A DNA stretch of 44,187 nt, filler included, from Jimgerdemannia flammicorona (Eukaryota), in NCBI GenBank assembly GCA_003990765.1. It is 2 parts of 2 records of this genome, joined end to end, with 100 filler letters (N's around TTAATTAATTAA, not from the genome) between each part and the next. Parts side by side here need not be neighbours in the genome. Positions count along the whole stretch, not along the records: positions 22,150 to 44,187 come from RBNJ01001345.1; 1 more part is not named here. The stretch is one strand, 5' to 3'. The notes beneath the pieces are model-generated. The model was not told where the DNA came from. It worked only from the letters and a program-made list of their open reading frames with translations, and did not search any database. The translations under genes and the position numbers were made by a program. Below, piece by piece: positions 23,825 to 35,896 of the stretch (positions are counted from its first letter, which is position 1; each line of letters opens with the position of its first letter).

Positions 23825-24575
23825 TTGGGCCGGTCTTTTATACCGTGTGTTTCCACCCAAATACAGAACAATCGATCATTTATTTGAGGTTTCTTTCCTA
23901 GGATTTCGGGGTGATACATGGTCATTTCGGTGACATGGGGTTATTGGTGTTTTATCACGAAGATTGACATCATGTAAGTGTAGCGTAGTTGACATTATGC
24001 AAAACATAGTATAGTTATGCCTCCCTAGCATAGATCGACATTATGGCAAAAACATTGAATGAGGGGGCTCGCTCGAGACCACAGGTCAATGAATGCAGGA
24101 AGGTCTTGGGTGTATAGTGCCCAAAATGTTTCAATGCCATTGTTTGTCTAAGGCATGTCTAAATCAGGCGTAGTCTTTCCTTTTTTGGTACTAGCGCAGT
24201 AGACACATTACTTCTATATGTAATTCTACCATTCACTCAACATTACTTCGTATGTGCTTTACACTTACACTTTTGCACTTCTGTACATTTATACGCATTT
24301 CATTACCACCCACCTCACCCTACATATATATACATAGTGGTTGGGCTGGTCTTTTATACCATGTGTTTTCACCCAAATACAGAACAATTGATCATTTATT
24401 TGGGGTTTCTTTCCTAGGATTTCAGGGTAATGCATGGTCATTTCAGTGACATGGGGTTATTGGTGTTTTATCATGAAGATTGACATCACGTGAGTGTAGC
24501 GTAGTTGACATTATGCAAAACGTTGTATAGTTACGCCTCCCTAGCATAGATCGACATTACGGCAAAAACATTGAA
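23825..24575 (+). repeat. Split direct repeats B1 (23825-24059) and B2 (24341-24575), 235 bp each
   Basis: TTGGGC(C/T)GGTCTTTTATACC...GGCAAAAACATTGAA present twice, differing mostly by transitions. Confidence 0.92.
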
Positions 24576-25695
24576 GGTCCTGATATATCAGAATATGGTA
24601 GAAACTTCATGGTCACAAAAACTGGAGCCTAAGTGGGAAGAACCTTACCTTGTGCAAAATATAAAAGAGACCAACTTTTGACTATGAAAACACTCAGGCA
24701 CAATCATCCCCACTGCTATTTACTAAAACTGACTCAAGAAGTATTATGGTCAATCAACAGAGTAATATCACAGCTCTCAAAATTACCAGTGCTACACAAT
24801 GAGCCATAGAAAGACAGTAGTATTCTACCAAGCCACCAACTATAGAGGAATTGTTTGATAGTATTCAGAGTATAGTACAAATACACTTATCACAAATTTT
24901 ACATTTTAAGATATACCAGGACTGGACAAGTTTCAAGAATACTTCAAGCTTGAGCAAATACTGAATTTATAACTAAAAATGGAAAAAGAAGACTGGACCT
25001 GAGAATGCCAGCTCTCTTATACTCAGATTACTATTGCCAAATAAGTAAACAAGTTGTTTAAAGAAGATGAAATGGCTTTAGCTTATATCTGAGAAGTAAC
25101 TCCAACAGACTTCAGACATATCAGGAGATAATATTGGGAGAATATAATGATGCAAATTATATAGTACAAAGAGATACAAATTGTAGAAGCTGGGAGTTTG
25201 AGTAAATAGAGTATCTTAGAGATGAATCACCTATTCAGGAGAAAGTTGTGATAGTTGATCTGAATTAGAAACATAAATCAGGAGAATTAGACATTTGATC
25301 ATAGTATCTGAAACCAATTTCTAATATAGTATAGCCATATAAATAGCCATCATAGAACTTTGCTACTAGTGAAAACCTTATTACTAGCAAATACTTTGCT
25401 ACTAGTGAAAACCTTACTACTAGTAAATACTTTGCCATTAGCAAAATGACTCATAACTTAGCCACCTTATAGCTAGCAAACTTGTATAAATAACCCAGTA
25501 TCTCAGAGTGAATAAACCTCAGATTGAAATAGTTCAAAGTAAAGAGAAAACAAAGAAACTAGTAAGCCTATAGGTAGATACACTTTGAACTCACCCACCC
25601 CTGCATCCCAAGGACTCTGCAGAGTCAAAGAAGATCAAGTTTTCAAGATAGAGAAATCTGATGTACTTCCAAGGTTAAGCATTTACTATGTTATA
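24576..25695 (+). mobile_element. 3' end of a second Gypsy element: integrase GPY/F tail, accessory ORF remnant, PPT and 3' LTR (~25247-25695)
   Basis: KLEPKWEEPYLVQNI...LKKYY; PPT AGGAGAAAGT then TGTGAT; TATAAAT/AATAAA in the LTR; 18-bp tandem repeat at about 25357-25445. Confidence 0.7.
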
Positions 25696-26869
25696 ATATC
25701 TAGATAAGCTACTCAAGAATTTCTTATTACAGAGACTCTATATAGTATCTATCTCTTCTCTTATTATCTTATTTTCTATTATTAAATTTTATCTTAAGAC
25801 TATTTTAATAATAATCTTAAGACTAGAATTCATGGGCTCTCCTCTCCATAACTCTGACTCTGATCACATTATAAAGACCTCTCTTTTGGATAATCTCTTT
25901 GCTCTTTCTCTTTTTATTTATACTACTGATATAACTACTAGTAATTCTATATTTTCAACCTAGACCACCTACTCAAATAGACACAGATACAGATAAATTC
26001 TTATCTCAATATCCCCTCTAGCCTTGCCACCAGACATAACTGCTTTCTATAGTCTTCTATTTGAGTTATATTTCAATAGTCACAATTAGTACAAATATTC
26101 CAGTCTTGTATAAAAATATATCATTATATATCTGCCTGTATTCTGTAATACAGTCCTTAGTCTAGCATTATTTAGTATAGATGTTCAACCACAGACATAC
26201 TTATCATCTCAAGTTTTAATTTAATAATAATATACTAAAATTAGAAAAGAAGATAGATATGAGGAGAGAGAGAGAAATTAACTTGAGTGTTTAGATTTTT
26301 AAGGTCTAAAAGAATGTTTTGTATAAATCAGAACTTCATAAATAAGTCAGTAAGGTGAGAGGATAGAGAGAGATAAGGTAGAAAGAAGAACAAGAAATAA
26401 GAGATTAAGGTAAAATATATAGTATAGTATATATTGATTTTATTATATTGTGGAATATGGTAGAATAAAGCCTCATGACTCTTAACTCATTCAACTATAC
26501 AATGATACTATTATTAGACACTCAATGTCTCAGTCACTAATAATACTATTATTATATATATATATACTTGGAGGATGATATAAATTTTACTGACTTTAGA
26601 AGTTGAGAGTTTATAGCTATATTATGATATATATGATTAAAGTGAACTGTATAATATTAATCTGTATGAAATCTAGTATAATTATTTTCTTCTCCTTTTT
26701 AATAACTATTTGTATCTTTTTAAAAGTTTTATCTTAATCTATATTATCCTTCTTCTCTGTTATTGACTCCTTCAACTATATCCTATAGACCAATAATAAG
26801 AAGATAGATTAGATAATAGATATGAAATACTGAAAGCTATTTGAATCATATTTAGATATATATATATAT

Positions 26870-29800
26870 ATATTTTTTTTTATTTTTATTTTTTATAGTT
26901 ATATAGACTTCCACTTTATTACCAAACCATCTATAATATACAGTTAATATAAATATACTCCTCACCCAATCCTACTCAGAAATTTCTCTCTCTCTCTCAC
27001 TATTACCAAAACACTGCCAACCCCCCCACTATCTCCATCCTCCCCCCACTCTTTCTACAGATTATATTCACCAATTATTACCAATACCCTCCCCCAGTAC
27101 TTCCACCCCTCTACTACCAATTCAATATATCTAATATCAGCCACTCTTATTTAACTATCCTCATCCCCAAGAGCAACTGTTGATCCTCCTCAAATACAGA
27201 AAGCCAATGTCTGGTCAGTCTAATCCAAATTACTAGCACTCATCCTAATATTAGCCACTCATCTCCCAACCCCCCTATCAGCCTCCTCTGGAGGTCATCC
27301 CATCTCACTCCTACTACCAACTCTGGTGAGTACACCCCCAGCTACACCTCAATCTTTCTCCAAAAGTCCCCCATCACCTCATACTCCTCTAGTCAATATT
27401 CAGGAGTCTGTACCACCTCTCTCTCTTCTGCTCAATGTTCAGACACTTCTTGTACTCCCAGATATCCCTTTTAACCAAGTGGCCTATCTGATAGTTTAAC
27501 ATATTATTGTACTGTAAAACTCTCCACTATACTACCTGAACTTGCAGGGGATCTATCTTGCTGCCTGCTTGCCCTACTGCCAAATACTATTTCAGTCTCA
27601 CTTCTTGCCAATTCCCACTCCCTGCTATACCTCAGGCCACAGATCTCTCCCATATTCCCAAAGGCACTCTATGCCATCCTCCAAGCAAAAATCATCTACC
27701 AGTACTCCACTTAATAGAAGATAGTCCCACCTCTATATCTGGGGTCTCCATTTCTCCTCCCTCTCATTACCCCTTTATTGGAGACCAATATGGTATGCCC
27801 CATCAGCTACCCCCTACCAGAATCTTCTATACTATATCCTCTGACTTCTCTCTAAAGCCACCAGAGAAAGAAGATCCCCAGTCACACCATGGGGGGAGAA
27901 TTGAGCTTTCCACACCTACTATATAAGGGGAACCCACTCTCTGCCCCTCAACTTGCTCACTTCAGTGACCATACTTTCAAGTAGTGAAGATGCTTGGAAA
28001 AATCTATTAGACCCAGGCCTCCCCTGTCCACTGGCCAGATCAACACCTCTCAACCAATCTGACTCTGTCACTCTATCTATATTCAGGTTCTGGCCATCTT
28101 TAGCAGTTACTTGACCACTCATGCTGAAATGTCCAAGTGGTATCCTAGATATTACAGCTTAGGTGGTCAGTTTACATTCATCACAGTTACTCTTTCTACC
28201 AGAGAAATATAGTGACCACCCCACCCTAAGAGAGTACTTCTCTACTCAGCCAACCTCTGCTTCCACCACTCATATGGCAGTAAGGAGCCACATACTGAAA
28301 AGTAAATTTCCAGATAGTGAATAGCCTCTCCTACTGAGACAATTGTTTCAATCATATCCCCACCTACTATTCCTCCTCTCAGCACCAAAGTCTCACACTT
28401 ATATCAGTTGAGCTTGATACCTAAGTACTCTTCATATCACTCTACTGTACCTTACAGAGCTGTAATATCTACAACTGACCCCAGTCTGACCATATTATCA
28501 GTAAAGGCCCCCACCTTCCAATTAATCTCTAGTATGTCCAACTCTCCCACCTTATACTGTATTTTATCCAAAAGTGGCTCCAGAGATAGTATATATAGAA
28601 TTGGCAACAGTTGACCCCACTGCAGCACTCCTCTGCCCAGAGGGAAAGAAATCCCTCTGTGTCCATTCAATATAATTACTGCCTGACTCTCTTCCAACAG
28701 ACTGACCAAGGTCCACCAGGCTCTATGGGGGACTCTAATGTACTTTAGCACCCTTTTCAATTACACTCACCAGACTCTATCATAGGCCTTCTTCTGATTT
28801 AAGAAAACCAGTCATTCATCCACCCCAGCAGTACAAACACTCTCAATAATATCATACACTCAGGCTATCTCATCTCTGATCAGATATCTCCCTATGAATC
28901 CTCTTTGCTCAGCCTCCAGAACTTATTACACTACTCCCTGCAGCCTAGCCACCAGTACCTTCATGACTAGTTTGTAACCCATATCCAGAATCATGATTTT
29001 TTCCACTCTTCCTACCTCCTTTTATTCTTAAACAGCAGAGCCACAAGACCGAAGCTCTGCTCTCCAATCCATACCCCAGAGTCTATTACTTCATTGTATA
29101 TTATTATTATTTTCTCCAGGGCCAACTTGACTCCTACAATCCTTTTCCAGAAATTCCATTATAAGCTATCCTCCCCTGCCACAGTTCCAGAGCTTGTTGT
29201 CTACAGAACTTACCAAATCTCCTTGCTCTAGACAGCAGCACCAAGATTGCCTAAGTCTGCTGCCAAATCAGGGTACTATTCCTCCAAGTACCTGTCAATG
29301 TCCAATACTCCCTCACCACTATCCTTCTCACTTCACAGGTATTCCCACTGCTTGCTCAACTGGTCCAGAATCTCCAGTGTCCCAACAACCAACTCTCCAG
29401 CCTCATTCAAAATCCCCTCCCACTGCTGCCAGACTCTTCTTGTCTATAACAGCTGTGACAAAAACTTGATAGGTTATTCCCCCTCTTCCAATCTCTGCCA
29501 CTATAGCCTGGCCACTATGCTCTTAACCTGTAGGTCCTTCTTCTGATACAGAATGCCCTTCAGCTCCTCTACCTCCAGCCTGGTCTATTATATATGCCAA
29601 TCTCCCTCCTCTCTTTTATTTGTCTGATCTGCCCAAGTCACTAACAACCTCACCAACCTCTAGGAGGCCCACCTCATTTGCTTTTTCCTCTGAGTACCCT
29701 GCATCCTTCTTGCCTCCCCCCAATACCATTGTGCCTCAGATTTCAATCATACTAAGTGATCCCTAATCCCCAGTCCTGCTGCTCTCCAACCAAGAATCCT

Positions 29801-32800
29801 AGAGCTAATGTCTATCTAGTGCTCCTAATGAGTCAATTTAATCCGGATTGGATTCGGATTGATTCGGATTGAATCCCATCCAGATCAACTCAGATGGGAT
29901 TCGAATCCCATCTGGATGGATCAACCATTGTTTTGATTTCCAAATTAGACAATTAAATGTTTACATCAATAACTTGATGAATAATCATCCAAATTTGATG
30001 ATCTTGGTGTCATTTGAAAGTCCTTAATATGGCCTATCTAATGATACCAAGAACATTGAAATTGGATTATGTGTTGCTGAGTTATGAAGGAAACCATCTG
30101 AATCGCCGATTTTGGAAATTCTTCGATTTGCCAATTTTGGAAATTTCGTCAAATGTAACGTTTTCTTTAATATCTCAGCAACACGTAATCCGATTTTAAT
30201 GTTCTTGGTATCATTAGAAAGGCCTTATTAAGGGCTTTCAAATGACACCAAGATTATCAAATTTGGATGATTATTCATCGAGTTATTGATGTAAACATTT
30301 AATTGTCTAATTTGGAAATCAAAACAATGGTTGATTCAAATCCATCTGGATGGGATTCGAATCCCATCCGGATTGACTCGTTTGGAGCACTATGTCTATC
30401 ACTTATGCCTCCTATAAGGAGGCCTAACCTAGCAAAGAGATATTCAGTTGCCAATATCCAGGCCCCTCCCCACCTCTCCCAAAATACCCCCCTCCTAATG
30501 GACCCCAGTAATCTGATCACAGACACCATAAAGTCTCTAAATTTCTCCAGATATCAACTCTCCAGCAATCTGCAGTCAATATCCAGTTAATCCTCAAGCC
30601 TAGCCCTGCCACCTAGTGGAAAAAGACCCTATAATCCCCACATCCAAGTCTCCCAGCATCTATTAGAGAGCTCAAACATTCGACTTCCTCTCAGGCTTCT
30701 ATACCCCCACTCCTGTCTGTCATCTCTCTACCCCTATTAGTTCTGTCTATCTTTCCATCATATATTATGTTAAAGTCTCCCCCTAGACAATCAATCTCTG
30801 CCTCCACCAATACTCCAGACTCTTATAGCTCTCAGATCTATTCCATCCTCTCCCCTCTTTCTACTGGACAATAATATAACCCAACTATCAGAGACCTCTA
30901 GCCTGGCCTCTTCCAAACTCCCACACTTCCCTACTCCTCTAATGTCTAATGTCTCCAATGTCCCCCTTACTCTTCCAAATCAGAATACCCACACAACCTC
31001 ATCAAACAGCCACACTACTTCATTCTTTCATCCAATCCTGACTATCTAAGTCTCTATCATGCCTAATATCCTATAGTAAGAACAAGTCATCTTCTATCCC
31101 CTTCAGCCATCTAAAAAGATATTTTGCCACCTCACTGCCTCTTATAGCCCATTGACATTCAGATATAAGATTCTAGTTATACTGTTTATATTGAATAATA
31201 TTGTTTAAATTATAGCTATATACTCTATAATTCCATACTCACAGCATCTCTAGCAATATCCAGGTCCCTATCTACCTCCAGTTCATTTGTCTCTCTATAT
31301 TGAGCCTTCAATATCTCCAAGATCTCCTGACAATCCTCACTATCCACAGCCTTCATCTCTGTACAGTACTCTTCATACACCATCTGTCACTTTGCCAGCT
31401 CTTTTCTTAGGCCCCATATATAATCAGCTCTATTATTTGCAATCACTAGAAGTGCTGCCTCTCTGATGATATTGATCTGATATACCTTAGCCTCCAACAA
31501 TACCACTATTATATCATCCTGGAGTTTCTGTGGCACCTCTTCACTATATATGATTTTCCCCCAATGTCTCTCACTTAGTATCTGGAAGTCCTCTCCCCCC
31601 AGCTACTCAGCTGTCATATTCTTAAGTATTTTCTACAGCCATTTCTCCTTGACCTCAGTCTCTGCCACTCTCTAGACAACTCTCATCTCTCCCTCCACCT
31701 ACCTCCCCTCTGCATTCCTCCTTGCTGACTCATCCCAATCCTCCTCTAGAATATTCTGCAATTTGTCATCAACTCTAGCCCCACTTGGTACCCCATACTG
31801 AGGGTCCTCTCTCTCTGCTATCTCTGCATCCTCCACAATAATACTCAGCCCTGCACCCTCTCCCTCTCCTGGGATCCCCTCTGGTGCTGCCCTCTTCTAT
31901 TCTACCCAGACACTTGCCTTCAATTAAGCCATTTCAGTGGTGGTCCCCCCAGCTGCCCCCCCTCTCAACTTAGCTAGCAGCTCTTTCTGAATGTACCTTC
32001 CCTGTGCTCTCTTCCAGGCTGCCTGATCTAGCCACACCTTGCTATTGACAATCTCTACAATCATCTTGGTCTCATACTTCTTTCAGGCCAATCTTCTCCT
32101 CTCCACAGCTCTAGCCAGATCCTCTATACCTTCAGTAAGTCCTCTTCTTCCTCTAGCATCTCTTTCACTTACAAGATCTTATACTCTACAGGTTCCCACT
32201 TAAGAACTGCCAGCCAGTCCCTTGCCTTCTCTGTATTCTTCTTACCTGCTAGCTATACCTTGATGTCCACATCTCTTGTCCTAAATTTGGTACCTTCCCA
32301 GACCCTAAACCTAACATCCACAATCTTCTCATACTCCTTGACAGTCTCTACAATCAACATCTGGCCATTTCTTTCAACACCATAGGAACATCCAGTACTG
32401 TTAGCTGCACTACTCAGGAGTCCCAGTGCAAGCACTGGGACATAGAGATTACTACTCCCCCTACTATCACTCTCTTCTCCATTCTCTCCAATAGTATCTC
32501 CTCCTTCTCAAAGCCTATCTCCACCACTTTTAGTCTCTTCAAAACTTCACCAATGTGGCCCCCTTCATCTTCTGAGTCAGAAGCCTAAGAATCATCCTTG
32601 CTGTCACTACCAAGCCTCAGAAATATAATTTGATAGTGAATTCTGACCTCAATTTCTTAAGTAATAGTGCTGTCACCAGGTCTGTCACATCATCTGTCAG
32701 GTCTCTGAGCCTTGTGTCCACCCTCTGTCCAGATTTACCATCAATTATTACATCTGGATTTTTTTCTAGGTTAGTAGTCCTCTTGCCATCAGCAGTCTCA

Positions 32801-33201
32801 ATCCCACCAGCCACTACTCTCCCAGCTCTACTGCTCTCACCACTACAAGCTGCTCTCCCAGAACCTACAGCCCTCACTATCTCCTTACCCTTTTTCAGCT
32901 AGCTCTACAGTCTTACCATCAGTTGACCTTCCTTTATCTTATCTGTTAAACTTATCCTCCTAGTCTCCTATTTCCCAGTACTACCTCCTCTTCTTCTATG
33001 TTCTTCAGCCAGCAAGTCCCTCATACTTCTCCTCAAACCATGACTTCTCCCCACATACTGTCAGTTAAATATACTAAGGCTACTCTACCTAGCATATACC
33101 TCAGAATACTCATCAGTTGCCATGTTGCTAGTATCTTTTCTCCAAAAATAAAGTCTTGAATATTATTTGAAGTTTGTATAACCAAATATTACCAGAGAAA
33201 G
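26870..33201 (-). mobile_element. Degraded near-full-length copy of the L1/Tx1-type LINE
   Basis: T-rich tail ~26873-26895 with TTTATT signal; ILYILSLEPLLDKI..WKVGAFTDN (28452-28760); ORF1 LLLKKLRSEF (32617-32877); family 5' UTR at ~33125-33201. Confidence 0.9.
29817..30392. mobile_element. Non-autonomous hAT element (palindromic MITE, 576 bp)
   Basis: TIRs TAGTGCTCC..GAGTCAAT / ATTGACTC..GGAGCACTA; perfect 8-bp TSD TGTCTATC (29809-29816, 30393-30400); long internal inverted arms. Confidence 0.95.
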
Positions 33202-33428
33202 ATATTTATAACCTACTTGTAATTTAGAGATATATTAATAATTACAAGTTATGAATGAGTCAGAGTAGTATGATTTATTAATATAGTGGTAGAATACTGA
33301 GAGAATTTTCTTATATATATGTGATATTGTTTTCTTATTATAAATCTGCAATATAGTATTATAAAAACAGCTTTTTAGAAGATAGTCATCAAGGTTATAT
33401 CTAATAGTATTTGTAGAAGTAATAAAAG

Positions 33429-35469
33429 TGTAAGAGGGTTACTTTTTAGGATAACTGTTATGTAGTTCTGGAAGGGTTTTCTGGAAGTTCGGGATATTCT
33501 GGAAGACCGTTTTCTTATGGTCAAGGTCAATTTCATATGGAGTATGTCCTCTACGCTTATTAATTTCAAGATTGGGTTGACGTCTCAACCAAAGTCCTTT
33601 TCCGGACTAGTTCTGGATGTTCAGGATTTTCCGTATTTCAGGAAGTTCAGGAAACTAAGACCAGCTTAGTTGGATTGGCATATCGCTGCAGACAATACCC
33701 AATTAGGAAATTTCGTGGCAGGGTTGGGAGTGGGACCTAACAGGGAGCGGATTTACTTAAGAGTGATTTGTGGGTTATGGAATAGATTTATTTGCTATTC
33801 ATGATATTGCTATACTAGGAGTATTTGTGTGAAGGGGTATTATGGGGAAGTATTCAGGAATGTTCTTGTCTGTTCGAGTCTCAGATTCTGAGGTCTGGGA
33901 GAGGGGGTATTTATACTAGTGAGGGGCTATCTGGACTATGCTAGATATGGATGTAGCACTAAGTGCCTTGCTGAGTCGGAATGCAGTCACGTAGTACAAG
34001 TGTGATCTGACATGTCAAGAGATCATCTGACTGCTGAGTCAGTTCACAGTTACATCGTACAAGGCTAATCTATCTATACTATGACTGCTAGACTATTTAT
34101 AGGTCTAGGCACTATCTGGGTAGTCTTCGATGACATCACCATCAATTGCATCATCTCTGATGAAGTAGTCGTCTAGGAAGAGTGGTTCGTGGATTACTTC
34201 TCCTTGTTGGCTGAGGTAGTAATATATTGGGACTTCATCTCCGTCCCATAGGATAGTATCATCTGTCTCGTATGCTGGATAAGGTGTTGGTAGGCGAAGG
34301 ATGGGTGTATTGTCTTCACTTTCATCAGATCCACTATCTGCGTACCTTCTATAGGTTACAGCACTATGAGTCGCGGGGTTGTAGTAAGCTGGCGGCTGTG
34401 GTTCAAGTTGCTTGTACTCGGGTGGTGTGGTTGGTTCAATCTCGAGGGTTGTCTGGAGATACAGATTGTGTTCTCTGGTCTCTTCATTGTAGTTGAAGTA
34501 GTCAGGGGTGAATGCAGGTTAGTATTCGTGCCAGTGGTCATTGTCCCAATAAGTCTCGTATGCAGTTATGAACTGTTGTAAGTTCATTGGCAAGGTTGGC
34601 GGAGATCCTTGGCTAGAGGTCATATCAGCGTCAGAGGGGTTGTTGTCTTCTGCTTTGTCTTCATCGAAGTGGATTATATCATAGACGTCCTTCATGGCAT
34701 ATCTGACTTGAGGCATTTGCAGGATATGGTCATCGGGGTGCGGGAAGGTTCTGTCTGTGGTTTCGACATACTCGAGGTACTTGTGGTTGATTTCTTGTAT
34801 CATGTCATCGATTTGGCCGTAGGACAGGGTAGCAACCATTTCGCTGGTAGTGACTCGGAGGCGGGGAATAAAGGTGTTGTACTCATAGAAGAGTTCTCGA
34901 TGTTTGCGGGCGATGAGCTTCTGGTGTTGAGACATCTGGATAATGTCTGTATCATGGTGGTGTTCGACCATGTCTTCCAGGAGGCAGCCGATCTGGTAGT
35001 AGCTTGAGATTTGTCTGATTCGGTGTGCCTCGCTAAGCATGTTCAGGGCGTTCCATCGGGCTTCCACGAAGTAGAGGGGTGCCAGGCTATGGATATTCAT
35101 GAGGGGCAGAGGGGGTGTGGCTCGGTTGACAATGGCATTCCAAATGTCAGTGCGGATGCAGTTGTAGATCTCAGTGGTCATGTTGGTGTGTTTGGAAGTT
35201 GGGGTTGTTGTTTGTTTTGGTTTTCTGATTCGACGCATCTCGGTGCTCAGTATATATGCATTTGGTCCTGATTGGTAAGGTTCCGTTTGTGTAGATCTTG
35301 TATTCCGTGACTTCATATTGACTCAGCTTTGTGTACTGTGACTTCGGTTTGACTCAGCTTCATGATCAAGCAGGTGATTTCCAGATTTGTTCAGAGGTCG
35401 CGTGTGATTTCAGTGGCTTGTTCAGAGGGTGATGTGTAATTTCGGTGGCTTGGAGGTTGTGCGCTTACA
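33429..35469 (-). repeat. 3' LTR (2041 bp)
   Basis: Colinear with 41991-44054; TATA at 33908-33915; preceded on the minus strand by a PPT. Confidence 0.93.
34105..35316 (-). CDS. LTR U3-encoded protein of unknown function: 265-aa ORF plus an in-frame acidic 137-codon extension after a TAA at 34519
   Basis: Open frame 35316-34519; the same frame stays open to TAG at 34105; a homologous frame is present in the 5' LTR. Confidence 0.7.
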
Positions 35470-35484
35470 ACTCTCCCCTTCTTA
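35470..35484 (-). promoter_or_regulatory. Polypurine tract
   Basis: Minus-strand AAGAAGGGGAGAGT directly before TGTAAG. Confidence 0.9.
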
Positions 35485-35896
35485 GCTTTTGACGTTCTCG
35501 TCGGGGCCTTCTAATTTGTTCTAGTGTTGTTACACCGTTTGGGAGGTCAAAAGTCTGGTAAGGTCCATTTTCTCAGAAAGTGGCATGCTCGTAGTACAGT
35601 TGCCTAACGTGTTGGATTCACACGTTAAAGGCTCGTGTGTTCAATGCCATGTGCTGGAAGTGATTCTGACGTCGTTCACTGCTGGAGAATTTCCTCTAAG
35701 GAATCTTCTTAAATGTCTACGCCTTGTTTCCCACCAGTGGTACAGAGAGAATAGGCTTGCTTTCAGTTTTTGCTATTTTTCCAGGGATTCGGTAGTCTTG
35801 TCTTGTTTTGCTGAGTTCTTGATTTGGTTCGTGATAATTATAATGTTTGGAAGGATAATATATAGTGTGTGTGGATAGGTGCAGAGTATTTTGGTT

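Larger units (their letters stand above)
22150..24575 (+). mobile_element. 3' half of a Ngaro-type (DIRS order) tyrosine-recombinase retrotransposon
   Basis: RNase H C-terminus NGIADALSR overlapping the YR ORF; no methyltransferase between them; terminal B1-A2-B2-like split direct repeats. Confidence 0.85.

Noticed and set aside
25700..26870. AT-rich region with (TA)n and (GA)n runs as a gene or distinct element
   Set aside because: No ORF, termini or recognisable motif; probably very old decayed repeat.
26845..33215. TSD for the degraded LINE (ATATTTA on both sides)
   Set aside because: Too short and low-complexity, next to a TA microsatellite, to be distinguished from chance.
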